The notes below the pieces were generated by a model that saw only the letters and a program-made list of their open reading frames with translations, was not told the origin of the DNA and did not search any database. Position numbers and translations under genes: made by a program. From a bacterium (GTDB taxonomy: Bacteria; SAR324; XYD2-FULL-50-16), in NCBI GenBank assembly GCA_032250835.1, contig JAVVEA010000010.1, forward strand, positions 32,001 through 96,000: 64,000 bases of DNA, read 5' to 3'. Shown piece by piece: positions 10,205-18,702 of the stretch (its first letter is position 1; each line of letters starts with the position of its first letter).

Positions 10205-10953
10205 AGCCCTTTGAGTTGAGTTGGCGGATATTCTTGGGGGGCGAGGTGTTGGCTTTGGCTTTCCGCAATCTGGCTTGGTACCCCTGGGTGGCCGGTCTCT
10301 TGGCTGGTTGGTTTGCGCTGGTGTTTGTACGGGGTCTTTTTGATCCTAGGGCAAAGTTTTTTATCGATATTTTTAATGGCGGCGGCAGCGAGCCCGTGCT
10401 TTATCTGACCTTTGATGACGGCCCCGATCCCGACGAAACGCCCGCCCTGCTCGAATGGTTGGCTCAAGAAGGAATTAGGGCCGGTTTTTTTGTGACCGGC
10501 GAGCGCGCCGAAGCCTACCCGCAGTTGTTGGCTCAAATCGCCGAAGCAGGCCACCAGATTGGCAACCACAGCTTCAGCCACGCAAAGAGCGTGGCTTTTT
10601 CCAGCGCCAAGGCCTGGCGGCTTGAGCTAGAGCGAACGGACCGGGCCATTGAAGCGGCGACGGGTAAAAAACCCCGGCTCTTCCGCCCGCCGGTGGGGAT
10701 CACCACGCCTTCGTTAGCCTCGGCTATAGAAGACAGTGGGCGCGTGGTGGTGGGTTGGAGCCTGCGGAGCTTAGATTGGTTCACGCCCGACCCCAACCGG
10801 GTGGCCCAGCGGATCTTGGACCGGTTAGAGCCAGGGGCCCTCTTTTTGTTGCATGACGTGCCCCATCCTGGGGCTTCGGCCTTGGAGGTTTTGGCCCAGG
10901 TAGTGCCCCAGGCCAGGGAGCGGGGCTACCGATTCGCCTTGTTGCCATTCTAG
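10201..10953 (+). CDS. Polysaccharide deacetylase (NodB/CE4) with N-terminal membrane segment
   Basis: LTFDDGP, GNHSFSH, FRPPVG, SLDW and LLHD motifs. GTG start overlaps the previous stop (GTGA). Confidence 0.9.
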   Translation: MKPFELSWRIFLGGEVLALAFRNLAWYPWVAGLLAGWFALVFVRGLFDPRAKFFIDIFNGGGSEPVLYLTFDDGPDPDETPALLEWLAQEGIRAGFFVTGERAEAYPQLLAQIAEAGHQIGNHSFSHAKSVAFSSAKAWRLELERTDRAIEAATGKKPRLFRPPVGITTPSLASAIEDSGRVVVGWSLRSLDWFTPDPNRVAQRILDRLEPGALFLLHDVPHPGASALEVLAQVVPQARERGYRFALLPF

Positions 10954-10992
10954 GGAGCATCGCCTAGGATGGGCCATTGAACCTATCTTAGA

Positions 10993-12555
10993 GTGCCGAT
11001 GAACCACGCGCCCACCCGACTTCTGTTGACCGAACATCCGGTCAGCCTCCTTGAGTTTCTTGCGGCCTTACAGCCCAAGGGCCAAGTGGGTCTATCACCA
11101 GACCCTACTTACCGAGGCAAACTAGAAAAATCAGCCCAGTTTGTGGCCGATTCGTGGAAGCAAAACCGCGAGATATACGGGGTGACCACAGGCTACGGGG
11201 CCAGTGTGGGACGGGCGGTGGACCCGGCGTTGATCGAGGAATTACCGCTGCACCTGACCCGCTTTCATGGCTGCGGTACTGGGCGTTACTTTGAGGAGCT
11301 ACCGGCCCGGGCGATCGTTCTGGCCCGCTTGATCAGTCTGGCCAAGGGCTGGTCTGGGGTGCGGGTGGAGTTGTTGGAGCGGCTAGCGGAGCTGTTCAAC
11401 CGCAATCTCTTACCGCGCATCCCCGAAGAAGGGTCTGTGGGCGCGAGCGGCGATTTGACCCCCCTGTCTTATCTGGCCGCTCTGTTACTGGGTGAGCGTG
11501 AAGCGCTGGTGGAAGGTCAGGTGGTGAGTGCGGCCGAAGCCCTGGCCCAGGCGGGCTTGACTCCGCTCAAGCTGGTGCCTAAAGAGGCCCTTTCGATGAT
11601 GAATGGCACCTCGGTGATGACCGCTTTGACGGCTTTGGCATGGGAGCGGGCCGAACGGTTGCAGCGCGTCGCCTGCCGCATTACGGCCATGAATGTGATC
11701 GCCTATCGGGGGAACCCGGCCCACTTCGACGCCCGCATCTTTGAGGCCAAACCCCACCCAGGCCAAGCCCGCGCCGCCGCCTGGATCGCCCAAGACTTGG
11801 ATTACCATCAAGGTGAGCCTTTAAGCGGGCCCAAGCGTCTGCAAGACCCCTATTCGCTACGTTGTGCGCCCCATGTGATCGGCGTCTTGGGGGATGCCTT
11901 AGATCAGTTTGTCTCTTGGATTGAGGTAGAGATCAATAGCGCCAACGACAACCCTTTGGTGGATGCCGAGGCGGGTGAGTTTTTGCATGGCGGTAACTTT
12001 TACGGGGGCCATATGGCCTTTGTGGCCGATGGCCTGAAAAACGCAGTGGCCAACTTGGCTGATTTGTTAGACCGGCAAATGGCCCTGCTGGTTGACGAAC
12101 GATTCAACCACGGCCTACCGGCCAATCTCTCGGGCGCAACGCCCGAGCGGGCGAGCATCAACCACGGCTTTAAGGCGCTACAAATCGCCGTCTCTGCCTG
12201 GACCGCCGAAGCCCTCAAATTGACCATGCCCGCTTCGGTCTTCTCGCGCAGCACCGAATGCCACAACCAAGACAAGGTCAGCATGGGCACCATCGCCGCC
12301 CGGGATTGCCTACGCATTCTAGAATTGACCGAACAGGTCGCCGCGGCAGTGATGATGGCCGCCCAGCAGGGCCTACGGCTACGCCAGCGGGCCGGAGACC
12401 TAGGGGACGGTGAGCTAGGGGCCTTAAGCCGCTTTATGGACCAATTGAGCCCCTGTACCGCCTTTGTGGACGAAGACCGCCCCTTAGAAGCCGAAATCCG
12501 CTGTCTCACGGCCGCGTTGGCCGATGGGACCATCGACCCCTACCGGGAGGATTAA
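10993..12555 (+). CDS. MIO-dependent aromatic amino acid ammonia-lyase (HAL/PAL/TAL family)
   Basis: YGVTTGYG, GSVGASGDLTPLSY (ASG forms MIO), QDPYSLRC, NDNP, HGGNFYG and HNQDKVSMG. Confidence 0.95.
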   Translation: MPMNHAPTRLLLTEHPVSLLEFLAALQPKGQVGLSPDPTYRGKLEKSAQFVADSWKQNREIYGVTTGYGASVGRAVDPALIEELPLHLTRFHGCGTGRYFEELPARAIVLARLISLAKGWSGVRVELLERLAELFNRNLLPRIPEEGSVGASGDLTPLSYLAALLLGEREALVEGQVVSAAEALAQAGLTPLKLVPKEALSMMNGTSVMTALTALAWERAERLQRVACRITAMNVIAYRGNPAHFDARIFEAKPHPGQARAAAWIAQDLDYHQGEPLSGPKRLQDPYSLRCAPHVIGVLGDALDQFVSWIEVEINSANDNPLVDAEAGEFLHGGNFYGGHMAFVADGLKNAVANLADLLDRQMALLVDERFNHGLPANLSGATPERASINHGFKALQIAVSAWTAEALKLTMPASVFSRSTECHNQDKVSMGTIAARDCLRILELTEQVAAAVMMAAQQGLRLRQRAGDLGDGELGALSRFMDQLSPCTAFVDEDRPLEAEIRCLTAALADGTIDPYRED

Positions 12556-12960
12556 ATGGTGGGCTGGCAGGCTGGTGTCACCGGCGAGGTGCCCTTCCAT
12601 GACGTGGACTCGATGTCCATCGTCTGGCATGGGCATTATTTTAAGTACTTTGAATTGGCCCGCACGGCCTTGATGCGCCAACTAAATTACGACACCCCCG
12701 AAATGATTGCCTCCGGCTATAGCTGGCCAGTGGTGGAAAGCCATTGCCAATACCGCCATCCCCTCCGCCTGGGCCAATCCTTTGAGGTCCGTGCCGAAGT
12801 CTCGGGCTATGAGAGCCGCCTGGAAATCAGCTACCAAATCCATTCAGCAGGCCAGTTGGTGGCCAAGGGTTTTACCGCCCAAGCCGCCGTGGCCATGCCC
12901 GCTGCCGAACTTTGTTTGGTTACACCCGAGGTGTTGCGCCGTGCCCTTGGGGTGTTGTGA
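12556..12960 (+). CDS. 4HBT/YbgC-type thioesterase (ApeK-like)
   Basis: VPFHDVDSMSIVWHGHYFKYFELAR motif. Confidence 0.9.
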   Translation: MVGWQAGVTGEVPFHDVDSMSIVWHGHYFKYFELARTALMRQLNYDTPEMIASGYSWPVVESHCQYRHPLRLGQSFEVRAEVSGYESRLEISYQIHSAGQLVAKGFTAQAAVAMPAAELCLVTPEVLRRALGVL

Positions 12961-13622
12961 AGGGCTGGTACCTCCTAGCGGGGTTGCTTTGGTTCACCCC
13001 CTTGGCCTGGGCCGAACTCCCCCCACCGGTGGATTTTGAGGTCAAGCCGATCACCGCTGGGGAACTGCCCAAGGAACTCCGCGAAGTGGTGGGCCTGATG
13101 TCGCCGGAAAATGCCTTCCGGGCCAACTTCTTGATGTCTACCTACTCGAAGGGGAGCACCCGCCCGGTCAACCAAAAGGGCCGCTTCACCTTCGACAATG
13201 CGCAGGGGATGTTGGTCCAAACCATCGAGCCTGAAAAAGAGGCTTTGCTGATCAGCCAAGAAGGCGTCTTTTCGTTAGATACCCAGGGCAAACACCATCT
13301 GGCCGAAGACCCGGGCATCTTCCCGAAGCTACGCGAGTTTTTTGAGGGGCGTTTTGAACAGCTGGCCTCTGAGGCGAAACTGCGCTTCGGCACCCAGGAT
13401 TACCAATGGGAATTGATCATCGAACCCGAGAGCGGCACCTTAGCGGGCCGGGTTACACAGATGCGGCTGCGGGGCGAACGGGGTGCCTTGTTGTGGGTGC
13501 GTATCGCCGAAAAGGACCTAACCGTTACTTCGATCAGGCTTTACAGTTTCCAACGATTTAAACACCCGCTGGGCGAAACGGAGTTTTTTTATCTTGCACC
13601 GGTTCAAGACTTTATCCCTTAG
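12957..13622 (+). CDS. LolA-like periplasmic lipid carrier (ApeL-like)
   Basis: Signal peptide ending AWA; FRANF...QKGRFTF...GMLVQTIEP pattern; located between the thioesterase and MMPL genes. Confidence 0.7.
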   Translation: MKGWYLLAGLLWFTPLAWAELPPPVDFEVKPITAGELPKELREVVGLMSPENAFRANFLMSTYSKGSTRPVNQKGRFTFDNAQGMLVQTIEPEKEALLISQEGVFSLDTQGKHHLAEDPGIFPKLREFFEGRFEQLASEAKLRFGTQDYQWELIIEPESGTLAGRVTQMRLRGERGALLWVRIAEKDLTVTSIRLYSFQRFKHPLGETEFFYLAPVQDFIP

Positions 13623-15798
13623 CCTTTTGCTGCTCTTAGCCGCCTTTTACCTGTCCTGGCGGGTAGTCGGTGGAGATTTCTTAGAAACCCGCCTGGGGGC
13701 TTTGATGCCCTTGGAGGCCGGTGGCGCTGAGTTGTCGCAGCTGTTAGAACAGTTTGGAGAACAATCAGGTAGCCGCCTTTTTTTTCTGCTAGAAGGCCCG
13801 AACCCGACCGAACTGGTGACTGCGGGGCAAGCACTACACCGCGCATTGTTGGACAGTGGACGCTTTGAGCCGGCGCCGCAACCGGCAGATTGGCTGGATT
13901 TTTTAACCCAGTCGCCTTGGACGCACCTGCCCCAAGCCCACCAACAAGCCTTAAACTCGCCCGATCCGGTGGCCGCCTTGACTTCGCTGGGTGAGGCGGC
14001 TTTGGCTTCACCCTTCGGCCCCTTGGGCGACCCTGCCCAGGACCCTTTTTTGACGATTCCGGCCCGTGCCGCCCAGTGGTCTCAGGCAATACCGCCCGGT
14101 GAGGTCTTGGGGCCCTTGCGTTTACTGCCCGGTCCGGCGCTGGTCTTTGAGCTCAGCATAACCCATTCCGCCTTTGATTACGCCGCCACCCGTCTTGATG
14201 CCCAGGTGATCGAGAAGCAGCTGGCAAAACTGCAATCCCAAGCTTCGGGGCTGAGCTTGCGTTGGATTGGCCTGTCTCGCTACGCTGATCGCTCAGCAGC
14301 GCTGGCGCGCTCGGAAATGAACTGGATCGGTGGTTTTTCGTTGCTGGGGATCTTGGCCTTAGTTTATGGGTCCTTCGGCTCTTTGAGGTTGTTGGGTTTG
14401 GCCCTATTGGCCTTGGGTAGTGGCCTGTTGTTGGCTTTGGCCGGTTCGCTTTGGGTTTTTGGCAGCTTGCATGTGATCACCCTGGTCTTCGGGGCCAGTT
14501 TGACTGGGGTGGCCATCGACTATGCCTTCCATAGCTTCACCCAGAGCCAAGTGGAGCCCAGGGGGACCTTGCGGGGCATCCGCTCGGCGTTGTTGCTGGG
14601 GATGGGCTCTAGCGTGCTGGCCTATTTGGCCTTGGGGTTGGCTCCCTTTGCGGGCCTGCGCCAGGTGGCGCTGTTTTCGGCTTTAGGCCTGTTGGGGTCG
14701 ATGGCCGCCGTCTTTTGGCTGTTACCGGGCTTGATGCCGCAATCTCCAGGGTTGGTCGACCCGCTCCCCCAGCGTTTGGGGCGGTGGTGGTTGGCTCGAT
14801 TTGAAGGTTGGCGGCCTCGTTGGGTCGCCGCGGCGATCTTGCTGCTCGCTGCCCCTGGCTGGCTGATGCTGCAAAGCAACGACGATGTGGCCCTCTTGGC
14901 CCCGAGACCTGCCGACTTGGTGGCTGATGAGGCCGCAATGGCGCAGAAGATCCCGCAACTCCACTTAGGTTCCTTCTTTATGGTCCAGGCCCCAGACCCC
15001 CAAAGTCTTTCGGACCGGTTAGGAGCCCTGCAGGCAAAAGTGCCGGGGCGTTCGCTGCATGATTTTTGGTTAGGGCCCCAAAGGCAAGAAGGGGATTTGC
15101 GGCGGTTGCGCAGTGCCTGGAATAGCGGTTACCGTGCCCAACTAGCCCATTGGGGTTGGGAGCCTGAACTTTTAGAGCGCTACCAACAGCACTTGGCCCA
15201 GGCCCAACCGGTAGGCTTGGACCAGCTGCCGCAAAAGGGCCTGTGGATCAAATTTAAAGGACAATTTTACGCCCCGCTGCTCCCTAGCCAGCCCCCTACA
15301 GACGAAGATTTGGCAGCGGTACGGCAGCTAGCGGGGGTGAATTGGGTAGATCAGCGGGGCCAAGCCAGCCGCCTGCTCCAACGTTACCGCGAAGAGGGGA
15401 CATGGTTGTTGTTGGGGGCCTATAGCCTGATTGCTGGATTGCTGGTGGTTCGTTATGGTTGGCGTCGTGGTCTTTGGGTCATCATGCCCCCCTTGGTCGC
15501 TGCGGGGAGTCTCTTGGGCTTGATGGGTTGGCTGGGATTTCCCCTAAATTTGTTCCACCTTTTGGGCTTGGTTTTGGTCTTAGGTGTGGGGATCGACCAC
15601 AGCCTCTTTTTTGCCGAGGCACAAGAGCAGCCAGAAAAGGTTTGGATGGCCGTGATGTTGTCTGCGGCAACCAGCCTGCTGGCCTTTGGTTTGCTCTCTT
15701 TTAGTCAGACCGGTGCTCTGTCTGCCTTGGGCTTGGTGACCGGTTGGGGCGTCGCCTTGGCGCTGATTTTTTCTCCCCTTGCTGGGCAAAGGAGTTGA
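13594..15798 (+). CDS. MMPL/RND-family exporter (ApeM-like)
   Basis: Two TM bundles with FGASLTGVAIDYAFH and LVLGVGIDHSLF. Confidence 0.88.
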   Translation: MHRFKTLSLSLLLLLAAFYLSWRVVGGDFLETRLGALMPLEAGGAELSQLLEQFGEQSGSRLFFLLEGPNPTELVTAGQALHRALLDSGRFEPAPQPADWLDFLTQSPWTHLPQAHQQALNSPDPVAALTSLGEAALASPFGPLGDPAQDPFLTIPARAAQWSQAIPPGEVLGPLRLLPGPALVFELSITHSAFDYAATRLDAQVIEKQLAKLQSQASGLSLRWIGLSRYADRSAALARSEMNWIGGFSLLGILALVYGSFGSLRLLGLALLALGSGLLLALAGSLWVFGSLHVITLVFGASLTGVAIDYAFHSFTQSQVEPRGTLRGIRSALLLGMGSSVLAYLALGLAPFAGLRQVALFSALGLLGSMAAVFWLLPGLMPQSPGLVDPLPQRLGRWWLARFEGWRPRWVAAAILLLAAPGWLMLQSNDDVALLAPRPADLVADEAAMAQKIPQLHLGSFFMVQAPDPQSLSDRLGALQAKVPGRSLHDFWLGPQRQEGDLRRLRSAWNSGYRAQLAHWGWEPELLERYQQHLAQAQPVGLDQLPQKGLWIKFKGQFYAPLLPSQPPTDEDLAAVRQLAGVNWVDQRGQASRLLQRYREEGTWLLLGAYSLIAGLLVVRYGWRRGLWVIMPPLVAAGSLLGLMGWLGFPLNLFHLLGLVLVLGVGIDHSLFFAEAQEQPEKVWMAVMLSAATSLLAFGLLSFSQTGALSALGLVTGWGVALALIFSPLAGQRS

Positions 15799-15864
15799 AA
15801 ATATGTATATGTTCGCATATACTTTCCCCAAATAAACTCTTGGTTCCAACCCCTCTTTGGAGAC

Positions 15865-16458
15865 GTGATGAAAAGCCTGTGGATTCCCTTATTGATCAGC
15901 TTTGCCGCCGCTTGCACGCCTGCGGCCCAAGAACCTGCCCAGAAGGCCCCGGTACAGATAGACCAAGCCGCTCAGGTTGGTGAAGCGCGCATGAAGATCA
16001 AAGAATTTGCCACCGCATTGGGCGGCCACATGAAAAAAGGCATGATGGAAGGCGGCCCCACAGCGGCCATTGGCGTTTGCAACGAAAAGGCTCCCGAAGT
16101 TGCCGTTCAGGTCTCCGAGGGCCCTTGGAACGTCGGTCGAACGGCGCTGAAATACCGCAACGCGGCCAATAAACCCGACGCTTGGGAAGAAAAAGTGTTG
16201 ATGGATTTTGAAGCCCAGAAGGCCGCCGGAACGCCTATTGCCGACTTGGATTATAGCGAGGTGGTGGTCGTCAATGGCCAGCAGACCTTCCGCTACATGA
16301 AAGCCATCCCGACCCAGGCGATGTGTTTGAAATGCCATGCTACCGACCTAGACCCCGCCATCGAAGCGAAGCTCAAGGAGTTATACCCCGATGACCGCGC
16401 CCGTGGCTTTGTCGAAGGGGACATCCGCGGCGCTTTTACCTTATCGAAGCCCCTCTAA
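15865..16458 (+). CDS. DUF3365/Tll0287-like c-type heme lipoprotein
   Basis: Lipobox AAAC, GGPTAAIGVC, RNAANKPDAWE, FRYMKAI, CLKCH and GDIRGAF. Confidence 0.88.
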   Translation: MMKSLWIPLLISFAAACTPAAQEPAQKAPVQIDQAAQVGEARMKIKEFATALGGHMKKGMMEGGPTAAIGVCNEKAPEVAVQVSEGPWNVGRTALKYRNAANKPDAWEEKVLMDFEAQKAAGTPIADLDYSEVVVVNGQQTFRYMKAIPTQAMCLKCHATDLDPAIEAKLKELYPDDRARGFVEGDIRGAFTLSKPL

Positions 16459-16561
16459 AAGGATTGTCCAGGGGCCGGCAAAATGAACAAAACTTCACTG
16501 GTCCCGCCCCTGTGCTTCCCGTTATATAGGGTTATAACTTAGACCCTATGAGGGAGGTAAC

Positions 16562-17119
16562 ATGATTTATCTTTTGGTGATGATGGGCGTCGTCGGGTTT
16601 CTTTTCACCACCGACGGCGGCCAAAATATTGAAGTGCTGGTCACCCCGCCCCAGGCTCAGGTGGTCACCCTGGATGCGGACCAAGGACTCCAAAAAGCCA
16701 GCTGGTTGGCTAGCCCGGAAGACCCGGATTTGGGGGTCTTTCGGGTGGCTTTGCAAGATGGCCGACAATGCCTCTTAAGCCGCACCAAACAGGCCCTGGC
16801 CTGCTCCGCTGGGCCCGTGTCCGGTTGGAGTGAGAAGATGACCTCTTTTGTTCAAGAAGCGGCCGAGCCCCCGGCTCCTCGGATTTACCATCTCCAGCTA
16901 GAAGACGGCCTGGAATGCATCGGCAACCGTGCCTACACGGCGCTTGCTTGCCGTTGGGAGGCGAAGTCTAAGCCCAAGGTGTTAGATCGCATCGTCGCGC
17001 TCGGCGGGAGTGAAAAGGATGCGCAGGCATTGCGCCTTTACCGGGTTGACTTCACCGACGGAACCCGCTGCTATCTACCCCACGCAAAGAACTCGATTCA
17101 ATGCAACTGGGCCCCCTAG
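16562..17119 (+). CDS. Exported protein with three DG-x2-C-x10-C repeats
   Basis: GGGAGG RBS, hydrophobic N-terminus and three internal Cys-paired repeats. Confidence 0.7.
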   Translation: MIYLLVMMGVVGFLFTTDGGQNIEVLVTPPQAQVVTLDADQGLQKASWLASPEDPDLGVFRVALQDGRQCLLSRTKQALACSAGPVSGWSEKMTSFVQEAAEPPAPRIYHLQLEDGLECIGNRAYTALACRWEAKSKPKVLDRIVALGGSEKDAQALRLYRVDFTDGTRCYLPHAKNSIQCNWAP

Positions 17120-17173
17120 CCTTTTTGGTCCGGAACCCTTAGGCTGGAGCTAAATCCTTCAGCCTAAAGGTCT

Positions 17174-17434
17174 ATGGAACCCTATTTGCCCCTTTTAGAC
17201 AATATATCTCAGACGTTCATCTTGGTGGTCGGTGCCGCTGCAATTTGGCTGGTCGGGCGTCGTGAAGCTTGGAAGCGGTGGGGTTATATTTTCGGCATGA
17301 TCACCCAGCCTTTTTGGTTTTACACCACCATCCGGGCCGAACAATGGGGATTGTTCGCCCTTAGTCTGTGGTATACCTATTCTTGGGGGCAGGGGATCTA
17401 TAACTACTGGTTCAAGGCGCAACCAGAAGACTAG
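17174..17434 (+). CDS. Small 3-TM membrane protein (PnuC/SemiSWEET-like half transporter?)
   Basis: Three hydrophobic Trp-rich helices; WGYIFGMITQPFW...QWGLF. Confidence 0.6.
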   Translation: MEPYLPLLDNISQTFILVVGAAAIWLVGRREAWKRWGYIFGMITQPFWFYTTIRAEQWGLFALSLWYTYSWGQGIYNYWFKAQPED

Positions 17435-18690
17435 AAGCCGAACTCGGCCAGCATCTTGTCGATGTCCGCCTGTTTCTTGAGGTCTTCGGGGTTGTTGTCC
17501 TGGGGGCCTTCGAGCATCAAGCCATCGCGTTCGGTGCCCCGGAGCGGGGTGTTGTGGTCTTCTTCGGCTGAAGCCGAGGCAGCCGGAGCGGGGGCCGGGG
17601 TAGGCGCTCCACTGGCAGGCATCTTGCCGCTGTACTTTTGGATGATGCTGAGCAGGTTGAATTCCAACTGCTCGATGAAGGAAATGATCTTCTTGAGTGT
17701 TTGGCCTGTTAAGTCCTGGAAGGACTGGTTGCCAATGATCTCAAAATAGATGGCCTCATTTTCGCTGTATACCTTTTCGGTACCCAACAATTCTTCTTTA
17801 ACGCCGTTGTGTAACTTCTCGCTCAGCCCGTGCAGCTGATCGGCCAAGGCCGGATTGGCTTCGGCTAGGGCCAGAAGCTCTTCTTCGACCCCACCGCAGA
17901 CCTCTAACATCTTAGCCGTCTTGTCGCGGTTTGCGGCGTTGTTGTCGAGCAAGCTTTCGGCTTGGTCTAAGGTCGAGTTGGCCGCCGATTCCATCCGCTG
18001 GATCACCAAGTTTAACTTGTCGATGGCGTCGGGCATGTCGTCCATCAAGCTGGGGTCCAGCTTGTCGGTGGGCACTCCTTCGGAGAAGTCTTGGAGGCTG
18101 TTGTGGATGCCGCGCACCATCCGCCCGATCTCGTTGATCAAGAAGAAGCTTTCGCGGTTTGCCGTAAGGTGGTGCAGGTGGTTTAGGCTGGTTTCGATGT
18201 CCTCAAAATCCTTGCGGACCACTGCTTTGAAGAAGCTGGCGATGGCCTTTAAGATCAGGCGCAGCTTTTCAATGTTTTTGGGCGGTAAGAGGCGGGTGAT
18301 GTAAAAGATCTTTTCTTGGATCTCCCCTAAATCCGCTTCGACTTCTTCGATGCGGTTGGACAATTCCGCATAGCCATCGTTGGTCTTAAAGTAGTCGTCG
18401 TCGGGGTCTTGGGGGAGGTAGAAGTTGAGCTTTTCGCCCTGGTAATGGTCGAGCGTAGAGCGCAGATAAGCGCCCAACATCTCCATGGCGCGGACGTTGA
18501 GTCCGGCGAACTGCATTCCGTTGATGCGTTCTTGCAAGGCCGCCTGAACCCTGTTGGGGTCCAGGCGGTCTTGACCTGAGAATTCGGTAAGCAGCCCCTC
18601 GTAATCCTTGATCGCGTGGTAAAGCTGAACGAAGGATTCGAGGAATTCCTCTTTGCTGACCGAGCAGCGGTTGTTGCTGTCTACGAACAT
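17431..18690 (-). CDS. cheZ: CheZ-family CheY-P phosphatase with N-terminal extension
   Basis: DAIDKLNLVIQRMESAANSTLD, catalytic FQDLTGQ (DxxxQ) and C-terminal QADIDKMLAEFGF. Confidence 0.88.
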   Translation of the reverse strand: MFVDSNNRCSVSKEEFLESFVQLYHAIKDYEGLLTEFSGQDRLDPNRVQAALQERINGMQFAGLNVRAMEMLGAYLRSTLDHYQGEKLNFYLPQDPDDDYFKTNDGYAELSNRIEEVEADLGEIQEKIFYITRLLPPKNIEKLRLILKAIASFFKAVVRKDFEDIETSLNHLHHLTANRESFFLINEIGRMVRGIHNSLQDFSEGVPTDKLDPSLMDDMPDAIDKLNLVIQRMESAANSTLDQAESLLDNNAANRDKTAKMLEVCGGVEEELLALAEANPALADQLHGLSEKLHNGVKEELLGTEKVYSENEAIYFEIIGNQSFQDLTGQTLKKIISFIEQLEFNLLSIIQKYSGKMPASGAPTPAPAPAASASAEEDHNTPLRGTERDGLMLEGPQDNNPEDLKKQADIDKMLAEFGF

Positions 18691-18702
18691 GCGCCCATGT
18701 TG

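Noticed and set aside
10993-12555. Calling the lyase hutH (histidine catabolism)
   Set aside because: No hutU/I/G nearby, biosynthetic context, and an FH rather than SH signature.
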